Shown here one piece after another: positions 41,872-55,046 of a stretch of 64,000 nucleotides of DNA; within the stretch, counting starts at the first letter, position 1; each line of letters starts with the position of its first letter. The DNA is from Eledone cirrhosa. Taxonomy: Eukaryota. The stretch is from NCBI GenBank assembly GCA_964016885.1, contig OZ024745.1:48050001-48114000 (forward strand). Direction: 5' to 3'. The notes below the pieces were generated by a model, which did not search any database, was not told where the DNA came from, and saw nothing but the letters and a program-made list of their open reading frames with translations. The position numbers and the translations under genes are program-made.

Positions 41872-42197
41872 CATACACATACATACATATACACAAACAC
41901 ATACATACATATACATACAAAAATATACACACAAACATATATATATACACATACATAAATATATATATATATATACATATACACACACATATACATATAT
42001 ATACATACACACATATACACACATATATATATATATACATATATATACATACATATATATATACACACATATATACATATATATATACACATATACATAC
42101 ATACATACATATACACAAACACATACATACATATACCTACATAAATATACACACATAAAACACATATACACACAAACATATATATATACATATATAC

Positions 42198-42296
<99 letters not shown>

Positions 42297-42380
42297 TACA
42301 CATATACACATATACAAACAAATATATACACATACAAGTAAATAGGTACTCAATAAATATACGCATATACACAGGCACAT
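39780..42380. repeat. About 2.6-kb compound (TA)/(CA)/(TACA) microsatellite
   Basis: Seen directly; the + strand is almost G-free. It is the source of the long YI/VC ORFs. Confidence 0.95.
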
Positions 42381-42514
42381 AAAGACACCTCTACAGGCAG
42401 AAAATGTAGATACGAAAGAGGTACTCACATGACCATAGTGGCCGTATTTCAGGTTGAGGAGGGGTGGGGGTAGGGTGGGGAGGAGGTATAGGGGCCAGTG
42501 GGGGGAGGTCGTTT

Positions 42515-42870
42515 TTAGCCATCGGGCTTTAACACTGGCTTAAAGTGTTTGAATGTTGCAAAGTTCTTGTGCATGCAGTTCGGGCAGTGTTCAGAGAGTT
42601 TGTTCAGTAGCGGGCCCTTGGCGAATAAAATTTCGTAGCTCTCTGAAATACAAAGGTCGCAGCCCTTGTGTCCTCCGTTGTAAGAGCGCGCTTTCTGGAG
42701 TATTTTCCAATTAAGCGTGAAGGGGGTGGAGTTCCTATTGAGGTCCCAAACGTAGGAGGCGAGTGTTGTTTGATTTGATTTATCCGGTCTTCTGAAGGAG
42801 TGGGTATGGGCATACCAGCGGGTCTTAAAGGTGTTGGAGGTCATGCCGATGTAAGTTTTTTTACCAATTA
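42515..42870 (-). mobile_element. Penelope-like GIY-YIG endonuclease 3' fragment
   Basis: KTYIGMTSNTFKTRWYAHTHSF...TTLASYVWDL...CDLCISE. Confidence 0.88.
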
Positions 42871-43960
42871 TGTCTCTAACCGTGTAACGCTTTTTAAGTA
42901 GATAACTACAATTGAAAATACTAAAGAAATGGAACCAACAATTCAATTTGAAAGTCGTCTACTTATAGTGACAGTGTATTACTGGTACTTTATTTTATCG
43001 ACCCCGTAACGATGAAAGGCAAAAATGCAAATGTTTAAAATTTAAATTGCCTTAATTCTATCGTCTGCTGTTTCATTAAAGGGAGATTCTCGTCTGTATT
43101 TAATTCTATCGTCTACTGTTCCACTAAACAGATATACCTCCACTATCGTCTCTATTTATACATTTTAACTTATAACTTATACACATTTGATTTGAAATAT
43201 TTTATCTAGTCCCCCCTCTCAATATTATGATGATTTCTTTCGAATGAAACAGTTCTAGTCCTGTAGAAGCCATTTATATATATAATTGAACTGAGTTAAA
43301 AATTCACAATATTTATAATTAAATAAGCTCATATATATATGTGTGTATTTATCTGTTTATTGTATTATATATAATGTGTGTATATACAGGATGTCCCCCA
43401 AAAATATATACACACTTCAACAGCATTCTAATAAGTATTGCCTGTACAGGTAATCAAAGTGTCAATCGAATGTTAGTTTCGTGTTTTAACAGTACAAATT
43501 TACAATACACACATAAAACCAGTCTATATACATACATGAGTGTGTATACACATACATGAATGTGTATATACAATATATATGTATATATATATATAGACAC
43601 ATATATTCACGGTGCAACGGAACATTAAAATATAGATGCGGGAGGGGGGTGTATATATAGGGGCGCTGGGGATAAAGGAGTGTAAAGCGTGTGTAATTGA
43701 TATATTGAAGGAGAGGAGCGTGCAGCGATAGAGTAACAAATATATAGAGAGGGGGAGAGATGGTATTGAAGGGGAGGAGTGCAAAGCGAAAGAGTAAGAG
43801 AGATATATATAGAGACGGAACAGATAGAGAGAAACAGGCGTAAGTAACAGTGGAAGAGATATATAGAGAGGGGGAAATGTGTTATTGAAGGGGAGGAGTG
43901 TAAAGCGAAAGCGTAAGATATATATAGAGAGAGGGGGAATAGTATAAATATATATATATA

Positions 43961-44003
<43 letters not shown>

Positions 44004-44153
44004 ACACTTACTCTGATTGGTTGAAAATTAGCCAATGACATACGATCACCACCACCACGGCTATCCCCGAAAAATTTATGAAGAAGCTAGGCATATATGT
44101 TAGAACACGAAAAGTGAACATTCTGTTGTTTCACACTTTTCGTGTTCTAACAG

Positions 44154-44184
<31 letters not shown>

Positions 44185-44657
44185 AGCCCACAGGATTCAT
44201 TGACTTGTCTCTATTTTCCTCTCTTTACGTTGCATTACTACCATGTGTTTGTTTCCGTCCCTCTGTTTTCCCATTGTCTCGATAACTTAATTGAGTTATC
44301 GCTTGCACTGATTTTAGGTATCTAGTCTTTAATGCGTCGAAATACCAACGATAATCAAGGGACTACTGATGAGGACATTTTATCTCTTGGTCTATTTTTA
44401 TTCATATGTTCATGTTCGCAACAACGCACCACGCCATTTTTCATATATATATATATATATATATACAAGTGGAAGCTTAGTAAAATCGAAGCCTTGGTTG
44501 TGGCCAAGCAAAGTCGACCTACAATAGGAATGAGTTAGCAAAGCACTCAATAAGGGTAGGTTAGAGTAATAACATACGTTTAAATAGCTTGACAAATTGA
44601 ACATTGCGGTAGGCAAAACCCAACCACACAATACCAAAGTAACGAAAGAAGTAACAA

Positions 44658-46017
44658 GATAGATAGATAGATAGATAGATTTCTTTATTAGCCACAAGGG
44701 CGCACAAGAAAAGGGGACAAAACAAAGACATGCCAGGGATTTTACATACAATCGTGTAAAAAAATATAAAACAAACAATTATAACAATCGAAATCCCCAA
44801 TAGGGGAGAGGCACCACAAATGGGTTGTTTAATACCCCGTCGATAGAACAACCCTCAACTTCAGGAGCGTGTCGTGCAAGTGCTCCTTTCTTCCTTTTGC
44901 TCTCTTCTTCAACCTACAGGTTTATATACAGAGAAGGCCCAATCACTCGGGCCATTTTTGCCACATTCACCCACCTTTCAGTAAATTTACTGGGGTGCAG
45001 TGCCTCTCTCTCCACTCTGATTCTCCTTCTACAGTGGTATCTAAAGAAGGGAATGAGTTGTTGTCCGGAGAGAAAGGCATCTGTCCTCAGTCCTCTCAAT
45101 CTCATCCACCATATAACCTCTTTCACCATAGCCACTATACAGAGGATAACCGCCTCTCTTTCGTTTTTGAAAGAATTTGGTGGTTTGATCCTTACCATGG
45201 ACTCGGCAGTCAACTGGATTTGTCCCATACGCGACAGCAGTTGTTCCGCATAGTTCCACATGTAGGTTACGCCCGGGCAGTGTACAATTGCGTGCAGGAC
45301 GGTTTCAATGTCCTGTGCACATCTTGGACACGTCCTCTTGGAAGGATCCCTGTCGGGGCGTCCGTGCCTGTAAATCTTGTCACGAACTGGTAGAGCTCCT
45401 CGGTAGCACTGCCAGGCCAGGGACCTCTGGAAGTTGTCCATGAGTCCCCGGCGGAAAGTCCTACCAAACAGACTGGTGAGTTCGTCGTCTTCGACGCCTA
45501 GAGTCTCTTCGAGCACGTCGTCGCCCTTGTGACGTACTAGCCCTCTATAGAATGTCGAAGTGGAGTCTCCACTGATTGCCGTGCCCGCTTGACAGAGGAC
45601 TGTGAGCGCCTGAGCGCATTCAATGTGCTTAGCGCCCATCTTCTTCAGTCTTCGCTTGACCCAGGACTGCAGCTCCGTCAGCGAGACAAGTTGCGGGAAG
45701 GCCTGTCTCACAAACGGTGCCCACACCGGTTGGGGGGTCGGTGAGGAATACCTGTAGATGCCGTAGACTCAGCGCATCATCAGCCACGGCATTCCCAGCC
45801 CTCGGTTGGAAGGGTGCTGGCAGCAGAAGGGTGTTGACAGAGAAGGCCCAATCACTCGGGCCATTTTTGCCACATTCACCCACCTTTCATTAAATTTACT
45901 GGGGTGCAGTGCCTCTCTCTCCACTCTGATTGATTCTCCTTCTAAAGTGATACTTACAGAAGGGAATCAATTGTTGTTTGGAGAGAAAGGCATCTGTCCT
46001 CAGATAGATAGATAGAT
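44658..46017 (-). mobile_element. Tx1/L1-clade LINE 3' end
   Basis: zf-RVT motif WQCYRGALPVRDKI...CPRCAQDIETVLHAIVHCP. The 3' UTR ends AATAAAGAA-(ATCT)n, with (GATA)n on both flanks. A short 3'-UTR copy lies at about 38450-38505 (+). Confidence 0.85.
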
Positions 46018-46089
46018 GTGTGTGCTTTTGTATGTATGTATGTTTAGTTTTATTCTAGTTTCAGTTATTTGTGGCCCTGCCGGGACACT

Positions 46090-46480
46090 GCTTTGATTTA
46101 GTTCATATGCCGTTGTGGGGCGGTTGTTGATAAGTTCGGCCTGCACCCTCTGTCTTGCCGCCAGAACGCAGGCCGGTTCCCCCGACACACCGCTCTCAAC
46201 GACATATTGAAGAAGCCTGGACGCTGCTGGCTTCCCATGTCAACTGGAGCCAGCAGGCTTAGACTGCGGAGGTGACAAGCGCCCTGGCGGAATCACTCTC
46301 TTCCCATTCGAAGGAGGTAGATCCCTCATCTGGGACGGAGCGGCGGCGGCCCGTCTGAGGAGGGAGCCCCGCGACGTTGGGTGGCTGTTGCAGCGGGTGT
46401 CACTGGCAATCATCCGCGGGAATGCTTTTGCCGTCATGTCATCGGGGCGCAGCACTTCTGCCCTCTTGTCCTAGGCCCCC
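46090..46480 (+). mobile_element. CRE-like element RLE fragment with internal deletion
   Basis: CRQNAGRFPRHTALNDILK..LEPAGL..DKRPGGITLFPFEGGRSLIWD joined to WLLQRVSLAIIRGNA. Confidence 0.75.
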
Positions 46481-46879
46481 CCCCTCTTCAGCGACACAAG
46501 CGCTCTTACCTTTAACTCTTTAACTTCTGAACATCTAAACTTCCTTGTCTTAACTCGCATTTTTGTTGATAAAACTCCACTCCATCAACATTTAATTTAT
46601 GTATGTATGTATGTATGTATGTATGTATGTATGTATGTATGTATGTATGTATGTATGTATGTATGTTCTTCTGGTTTTATAATTTCACAAAGTTTTACCA
46701 ATAGAGAGAGAGTCGGTTTCTAACATAGACACAAGACTCTCTCATTGGAATTTACACAACACCAACTAGGTAGATATGTATGTATGCATGCATGTGTAGA
46801 TATGAATGTTATTGTATGTGTGGATGTGTATGTTTTGAGTTGTATGTATGCATGTGTATATGCTTTGTATCTGTACATG

Positions 46880-47330
46880 TGTATATGCAGTTATTAGATG
46901 CAAAATTTTGGAATGTTTTACATATTTTTACTGTTCCATTAATGGATTGTACTTGTAATTTCCTAACTAGTTGTGTTCTTTCTGTTCCTGTGAAGCCCAG
47001 CTTCTCAAGATTTGTACTAGGCAGTTACTAACATATCCCAGTGGCCCAATAATCACAGGTATATATCTGAAGGTATAATCAGGGTGGAGTATCTGCAGAT
47101 TTCTTATCAGTTCTGCATAAATATTCTCCTTTTCGCTAATCTTTGATATTATATTGGCATCTGCTGTACAGCTAACTTCCACTACTGTGCATGCCTTATT
47201 TTCCCTGTCCCATATCATAATATCTGGTCTGTTATGCCTGTATTTTATTTGGGTTTTTACTGGAACATTCCACCAGTACTCTTTCATATTATGTATATGC
47301 ATGTCTTCCACATTGCTGTAACTTTTAATG
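46880..47330 (-). mobile_element. R4/Dong-like RLE 3' fragment
   Basis: EYWWNVPVKT..HNRPDIMIWD..VVEVSC..EKENIY..YIPVIIGPLG; adjacent to (TATG)n tracts. Confidence 0.8.
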
Positions 47331-47461
47331 TGTTTGTATGTATGTATGTATGTATGTATGTATGTATGTATGTATGTATGTATGTATGTATGTATTTATG
47401 TTTGTATGTATGCCAGGCTATCTATCTATCTTTTGGCCCTACCATTGGCAGCTAGCTACCA

Positions 47462-47892
47462 ACGGTGGATTGGCAGTATGGGTAGAGGGTCGGACTCCAC
47501 ACTTTGCACCTAGAGTTACGGCCCTTTATGATCTGAGTTCAAATCCCGCCGAGGTTAACTTCGCTTTTCATCCTTACGGGGTCGATAAAATAAAGTACCA
47601 GTCACGCACTGGGGTCGATTTAATCGACTTTCCCCTCCCCCCAAATTGCTGGCCTTGTGCCTAAATAAGAAACCATTATTCTCATCATTATTGTTGGTGT
47701 AGGGCGGTGAATTGGCAGTATCGGTAGAGGGTTGGACGCCATGTTTTCTAGCATAGTTACGTCCCTTTACAGTCTGAGTTCAAATCCCGCCGAGGTTAAC
47801 TTTGCCTTTCATCCTTACGGGGTCGATAAAATAAAGTACCAGTAATGTACTGGGTAATTGCTGGCCTTGTGCCTAAAGTAGAAACAATAATT
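47462..47892 (+). mobile_element. Two tandem tRNA-derived SINEs (47462-47680, 47702-47892)
   Basis: Each has A box TGGCAGTAT(C/G)GG, B box GTTCAAATCC and the shared body CCTTACGGGGTCGATAAAATAAAGTACCAG. Confidence 0.88.
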
Positions 47893-48599
47893 GTTGGTGT
47901 AAATAATATGATTAAATTAAGGGGCAGTGCTTATTTTATGGGTACTTATATATCGATCTATACTGTCTGACTGCTAAGTTACAACACTTTAATACAAACT
48001 TAAACACATATACACACTGTAAATATAGTCGCCACAATGCAGGTAACTATAACTACTTTAGCCGATTTATTCAACTATTATCTATAATCACCATCTATCA
48101 TAATAATTATCTCCATTGAGGTGACAATAATTCCAAATTTCAAATTTCCCATTGCTTAAGTCAACCATGTATGAATACGCGTGGGTTTTGTTTTTTTTTC
48201 ATTTTTTTTCTTGTCCCGTTCCTTCCTCTTTTATTTCTCATTCTATATTCTGATGATGGATTAGTGTCTGAAATTTTATGACTCTTTTCCAATCTTTTCA
48301 AGCGTTAAACTAATATATTTCTTCATTGTACCGTGTAGTTTGCTTTGTTAAATCTGTTTACTTTTTACACACACACAGATGCAGACCCCCCCCCCCACAC
48401 ATAGACCCCCCCCCTATGTATATATAGTATAATTTTTTCCATGAACAAATATGCTGATAATATAGGTAGCTTGAAATTACAAACACAAATGCCGTAGTTG
48501 TTAAAATCCAACACCTACACACACATATTTATCTCTATTTAATTACATAAATATTTCACATGAAAATATAGAATCAAAATGAAAGAAAATATTAAGTCA

Positions 48600-49344
48600 A
48601 CACTATGTGTGTCAATCAGCCACACATCACGTGGAGTGCCGGACCTCCCTCTAATACGTTTTGAGGCAAGCCAATACACTGGAAGCGTTTCCACGGATGA
48701 TAGCGTAGCTAAGGCGCTGGAATAGCCAAGCACCCTCGCAGGCATCACCTAATACCTCAGTAAGGCGATCCACCAACGATGACAAGAACTTCGCTGTTAG
48801 CGGCCCAGCTCCTCCAAACGCCTGAAACGCCACAGGCTGGAAAAAATAGTTTGTCCATAATTCCCGATATCTTTTATTCCGTTCGGCTACGGAAGCAGCG
48901 ACCGTCACATTTACTGCAGTATCCAGGATGTGGGAAGGAGCGAACGGTCACTGACTAGCGTCTCAAATGAGACATTTACCTCTTACGCAGGGACAAAGGG
49001 TAAGACCATCTGGTCTCTTCCTATCAACTCTGAATCACCCAGCCGGCTCCAGAAAGGAGGGGATTACCAAAACCAGGGCCCGCTTAATAATTAAGTTTAG
49101 CTCGGTATGACAGGTGAAACAACCAGCACCCAGGCAGTACGACGACCTGTGGAGTCGAGGGGCCTACCGCAGCAACATTTCAGTCACCCACAGAAGACGG
49201 CTCTCACTCGGAGTGCAATGGAGATGTGCAACCCACCTTGACTGTGTAGGCCATCGCTGTTGGCTACGGACAGGGTGTCAACCCAGTCCTCCGAGAATTT
49301 TGCACTCGCAGAAAGAAGGCGCCACCTTGAAAACTGATCAGATT

Positions 49345-49397
<53 letters not shown>

Positions 49398-49678
49398 AAA
49401 ATATCTATCGAACGCAGATTGTCACAAACTCTCTGTTTCAGTCTATCCTCCCCTGTATCACAAACTGACAAACCTAGCTCTCTCCACTGTAGTAGAGTTT
49501 CATCCATCTTCCTGTTGGATCTAGTTCATGTTGGAGAGAAGAGGATGTTATCCACCAAAGGGGAGCAAGCATGGATGGAGGAAAGAAAGCAGTGAAGAGA
49601 GAGACGAGCATTTACACAGACATAGCGCCTCCAAACCGTTTGGCAAAGCAGCCTGGTCATGATACTCTGGAGTGAGTC
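48600..49678 (-). mobile_element. CRE-like LINE, 3' part (host of the gypsy insertion)
   Basis: RPDGLTLCP, FFQPVAFQAFGG and WLFQRLSYAIIRGNA; interrupted by (GA)n at about 49349-49393. Confidence 0.8.
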
Positions 49679-50109
49679 TATAGATACGATGAGGGGTTAA
49701 ATGTTATCTATATCCTTTTACAATTGCATGTTGTTAGTCTTCGAATGATCTTATTTATAAGCGATATAGTTGAAATACCTTAACCAAAGAGTTGGTAGCT
49801 TCTCATTGGTAGTAAACGCTTCTGACTTCCAGGATATAAATAAATAGCTCTTTAACGCCCAATCCTCTATAAGTATAATTTTATTTGTCGAAAGGGAATG
49901 TAGGAGTCATTTTACAATAATTCTTCGCGCGTCCGTATCATCTCCTGGTCAGCTCAGTCTGTGTGGTCTCTCGAGTGCTGTCTGAGGTTTTTTACCAGAG
50001 AGCGAGAGTGAGATTGACCATGTATTCATACGCAACTTCCCATTGGTTAGTTTGACCTTATTGCATATGAAAATGTTGCTATTGCGAAGTGCGACGTAGT
50101 TCCACTACA
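49679..50109 (-). repeat. 3' LTR (431 bp)
   Basis: Direct repeat of 54627-55046 with roughly 18 substitutions by eye and one 11-bp indel; preceded on - by the purine tract AGCAGAGGGTGA (PPT). Confidence 0.93.
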
Positions 50110-53100
50110 TCACCCTCTGCTTAGACTGGAAAGCAGTCGATAAAAAAAGAGGAGAAATTGTCTGCAAAGGTAACATAAGTCATGCAAAGCAAATACAAAA
50201 ATGAAGAAAAAAGAAAAAAAAAAGAATAGTTCATATGTAAATTGTTTTACAAAGTTTCTTGGGCCAATGGACCTGACGACCACTACGAGTTGTCGTGATG
50301 TATGTTGAAGGTAAAGGAGTGTTTGTATGCGATTGTGGTGTTTGCGGTGGTTCTTGTATTGACACATTGTAGGAGGGGGAGAGTATGAGTCTCTGGTGTG
50401 AGAGCAGCTGTGTAGGTCCGCTTTAGTCTGTCAATAGAGACTGTGTCTTTATGTCCATTAAAGTCAATGGTGAAATGTTTATCTGCACGTGCAAGTACAG
50501 TATAGGGTCCAGAATAAGGTGGAGTGAGAGGACTTCTCACTGCGTCATTTCTGACAAAAACATAGGTCCTCAAGGCAATGTTCCTCGGAACCGAAGATTT
50601 AATGGCTTGTTGCCTAGTATTCATAGGAGGCAGGACTTGAAAATACGCACGCAAACGGGTCACATATAGTGTAGGGTCCTGAGTAGCAAGGTCAACTGGG
50701 GCAAGCATCTGCCCTGGCAGAGATAGAGTAGTGCCATACAAAAGCTCGGCTGGAGAGAATCCAAGGTCCTCTTTCATTGAAGTGCGGATACCGAGTAGTA
50801 CTATGGGAAGGTAGTCGCTCCAATGTAGAGTATCCGGATTGGTACACAATGCAGCCTTTAACTGGCGATAAAAACGCTCTACCGTTCCATTAGATGCACG
50901 GTGGTAACTGGTAGTCCTGATGCGTTGAGCGCCGATGATATTCGATAGATCCCTGAAAAGTTGGGATTCAAACTACCTACCACGATCTATAGTAATAGTG
51001 ATAGGAACCTCATAGCGCGATATCCATCCTGAAACCTGGGCTCGCGCTACAGATTCAGCAGTAATGTCACTAAGAGGAATGGCTTCAGGCCATCGGATGA
51101 AACAGTCAATACAGGTCAGGATGTATGAACATCCACGACTGGCAGGCAAGGTCCCGCGATATCAATATGTATGTGGCAAAAACGTGCGTCAGGAGTGCTA
51201 AATGTGCCGAGAGGTGCGCGAATATGTTTATGCACCTTCGACTTTTGACAAGATAAACAGGAACGTGACCAAGCAGTGATATTACGTCTCATAATCGGCC
51301 AGAAGAATCTAGCTGAAATAAGTTTCACTGTGGCGGAAATTCCGGGGTGTGCCAAACTATATAGAGAATCGAAAACTATTCGACGATGAGTCTCTGTACC
51401 AGAGCGCGAGGTGAATCTGTCGCAGTATCACAGAGAATCTGAGAGTCTGAAGTGGGTACAGGCAGGTATTTAAATTTGCAGGTTGCAAATTCAGGTGAAG
51501 ACAGATCCAACGACTCTAGGGTGAGCTGTTCTGCAGCCATAAGATGCAAGTCAACAGTCGCAGGTGCTGACAAAACATTGATGGGTAGGCGAGATAAGGC
51601 ATCCGACGCTGTGTTTTGTTCACCCGGTATATGACGAATGTCATTCGTAAACTGGGATATGAAGTCAAAGTGATGAGTTTCTCGAGGTGAGTATTTTTCC
51701 GGATTGGAACTAAGTGCGAACGTAAGTGGACGATGGTCAGTATAGATCGTAAACTGTCGGCCTTCCAGTGAATGGCGAAAGTGTTTCACAGCAAGGAAAA
51801 TGGCTAACAGTTCGCGGCCTAATGTGCTATAGCGGGATTCGGCAGGCTTCAGCTGCTTAGAAAAGAAAGCAAGAGGTTGAAGCTGTTGTTGGTGGTGTTG
51901 TTACAATACTGCACCTACCGCTGTGCCTGATGCATCAACAACCAGCGAAAACTGGGCACCAGACACAGGGTGAGCAAGCAGAGATGCGTTTGCTAAATTC
52001 TGTTTAGCTTAGGAGAATGCTTCAAGCTGCATGGGTCCCAAAGCGATTGGCTCGTTCTTCTTCCTTCTGTTACACAGGAGATCAGATAGTGGAGCTAAGA
52101 GTTCTGCGCAATGCGGGATAAACCGACGATAATAATTTAGGAGGGCCAGGAACTGCCGCAGCTGTAGCAAAGAAGTAGGCGGGGGGAGTTCCTGAAGAGC
52201 CTTCACTTTCTCAGGAAGTGGGAATATTCCCTCAGAGTTTATCACGTGGCCTAAAAAGACGAGTGAAGCAGCGACAAAAATACACTTCGCAGGGTTAATG
52301 CGAACTTGGTACTGCCTAAATTGTTCAAACAGTTGGCGGAGGTGCGAAATATGGTCCTCCGGCGAAGCACTCGCGATGAGAATATCGTCGATGTAGCAAT
52401 ATACAAAATCCAGGTCGCGGACGACTTCGTCCATAAATCGCTGGAAGGTACTGGCAGCATTGCGTAGTCCATAAGGCATTGTTAAAAACTCGAATGCACG
52501 GAAAGGTGTAGTAACAGCAGTTTTAGGAATGTCCGCAGGATTCACAGGAATTTGATGATATGCTCTGATCAGGTCCAATTTTGAAAAGATAGTACATCCA
52601 TGAAGCGAAGAAGTGAAATCCTGGATGTGAGGAATTGGGTAACGGTCCGGCACGGTGATCGAATTTAATCGTCGAAAATATCCAGTGGGACGCCAGTCTC
52701 CCGAACGTTTCGGCACCATGTGCAAAGGCGAGGCCCACGGACTGGAAGAAGGGCGAATGATACCCAACTGCAGCATATGGTTAAACTCTGCCTTAGCCGC
52801 TTTCAATTTTTCCGGAACAAGGCGACGCGGTCGTGAAAAGACTGAAGCACTCTTAGTCTCAATAAAATGTTTGGTAGAGTGAGTAGGGGTATCTACCACA
52901 AAGTTCAGGTTAATTCCGGAAAGGAATGCAAAAGCGCATGATACAGGTCATCCGGAACAGCGATGTAGAAGACTGGACTGATAGACTAGATTACTGAAGT
53001 ACATCCAAGCGCAGAAAGATTCGTAGTTGCGTCCAATAAACGACGTGTCCGCATATCAACCATAAGATTGAAATGATGCAAAAAATCAGCACCCAGAATA

Positions 53101-54167
53101 GGATATGACAAATCAGCTATGGTGAAAATCCATGAGAAATCTCTACGTAAATCCACGTCCAAAGAGCGAGAGATTTGTCCATACGTAGGGATAAATTTAA
53201 TGGTTTATAGCTTGTAGTGATATGTGTGAGAGAGGAGGTTTCTCTTTCAAGAGTTTTAACTGCCAAATGCTGCAAGACGCACTCGTGTCGATGAGGCAGC
53301 GTGCGTGCGAGAAGCAATCCGCAATGAAAAATGCACGACTTTCAGTACAGAATTGCGGAGATGTCGTGCTTAATTCTCCGTTACTTCGTTAGAGATACAT
53401 TTATGAGCAGAGGCTCCGAAACGGTTATGGTAAAACTATGCTTGCGATGGTGAGGGTTGGAAACGACGACGTGAAGAATTCGAGCGATTCCGCGACCGTT
53501 GTCGGGGAGATCTCGATCTGGATAAACGAAGAAGTTGTGCCTCCTTCGTAAGGTCAAGGATGGCCTTTAGTGTTGGTCGAAGTGGCGCTGGCTGAAACTG
53601 ATGCGACAGGAAAAGGTGAAGCATTTGTTGCAAGCCGTGATAGGGTAGTAGTGGTCGAATTGCCGGAGTACTCCAAAATTTTATCAGCGGATGACGCCAA
53701 CTGATCCACCGAACTGGTTTCGGTCATCGCTGCTAAAATAGCCTGGACGTTAGGTGGCAGCCTAGACAAGAAAAGCTGCTTGGTCATGGCGCTGTCGGCC
53801 GGTGCGTCTTCTGCCAGCTCTCTCATCCTCCGTAAGAGCTGTGTAGGTGTATAGTCGCCAAGGTGTACATCGTTAACTAGAGTGCGAAACTTCCTTTCCG
53901 CCGAGACAGAAGTGAAGTGTGGTTAAGAATTTCTTTTTTTATGCTGCTATAGGTAGCCTCCGGATCCAGGTTGGTAATCAAGTCCTTAACCGTTGGTGTT
54001 AAGGAAGCAGGAATGGCACTCAGTAAAAGATGGAGCTGTCTAGAGTCGGACGAAATATTGTGTGCGAGGAAAAATGATTCTATTTGTGCCAGCCAGATTC
54101 GCACTTCCCTGCAAAAAACCGGTAGTGAATTACTTGACATAGTTGTGAACAAAACATGTAAAAATAA

Positions 54168-54600
54168 TCTCTTTCTGCTGAGGAACTGCTTAGCCATGCT
54201 GAAGCTCCTCTATACACTTCGCAGCGCTCCATGCTACACCCAGACATCTCTCCTCGCTGACCTCGATACTTGTATCCGAGCAGCAGCTGAGGGGATATGC
54301 AACGTCAAGTTTGACGACATAGCGTGGCAACAGGCCACTTTACCCTTGGCCTCCGGTCCCCGATCTCACTAGCTTTGCCGGCGTATCTTTCGTTGGTAAC
54401 CTCGTGCCGCGTCCTCGTCAGCAGGGTTCTTCAAAACACAACGGAACCCTCTGTGTTCAGAGAACGCGAGGCCGCCTGTGAGACGTGGGACCGGCTGGCA
54501 TTTAGCCCAGTAGACGTCCCAGTAGACATCCCCCTGTTAACGTCAAGTCCCCCCAACGCACTTGGGATTCCATCCAGTGCAGCCTGGCCTCAGACAGGAT
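54168..54600 (+). mobile_element. CRE-like LINE fragment inside the gypsy 5' leader
   Basis: LFLLRNCLAMLKLLYTLRSAPC...ICNVKFDDIAWQQATLP / LGLRSPISLALPAYLS is the post-RT region of CRE-like elements. Confidence 0.75.
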
Positions 54601-54610
54601 GTATTCTTTA

Positions 54611-54623
54611 CAGTCGGGTACCA
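54611..54623 (-). promoter_or_regulatory. Degenerate primer-binding site (tRNA-Trp-like)
   Basis: TGGTACCCGACTG lies 3 nt inside the 5' LTR and resembles TGGTGACCCCGACGTG, the complement of the tRNA-Trp 3' end. Confidence 0.55.
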
Positions 54624-54626
54624 TTT

Positions 54627-55046
54627 TATAGATAAGATGAGGGGTTAAATGTTATCTATATCCTTTTATAATTGCATGTTATTAGTCTTCGAAGGATCTT
54701 ATTTATAAGCGATATAATTGAAATACCTTAATCGAAGAGTTGGTAGTTTCTCATTGGTAGTAAACGCTTCCGACTTCCAGGATATAAATAAATAGCTCTT
54801 TAACGCCCAATCCTCTATAAGTATAATTTTATTTGTCGAAAAAGAATGTAGGAGTCATTTTTCAATAATTCTTCGCGCGTCCTGGTCAGCTCGGTCTGTG
54901 TGGTCTCTCGAGTGCTGTCTGAGATTTTTCACCAGAGAGCGAGAGTGAGATTGACCATGTATTCATACGCAACTTCCCATTGGTCAGTTTGACCTTATTG
55001 CATATGAAAATGTTGCTATTGCGAGGTGCGATGTAGTTCCACTACA
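54627..55046 (-). repeat. 5' LTR (420 bp)
   Basis: Direct repeat of 49679-50109. Confidence 0.93.

Larger units (their letters stand above)
49679..55046 (-). mobile_element. Full-length decayed Ty3/gypsy LTR retrotransposon
   Basis: LTRs at 54627-55046 (5') and 49679-50109 (3'); TSD AGTC at 49675-49678 and 55047-55050. Domain order is gag (ATG about 54140), protease (LIDTS), RT ([13 protein letters not shown]), RNase H (TDHRPL) and integrase (HPGI..C..C, GPY); several frameshifts. Confidence 0.95.

Noticed and set aside
39774-42428. Long ORFs of up to 613 aa (YI/VC/HT-rich), also at 36452-37389
   Set aside because: These are translations of stop-free dinucleotide microsatellites, not genes.
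47462-47892. tRNA genes
   Set aside because: A and B boxes are present, but there is no cloverleaf and they continue into a multicopy SINE body.
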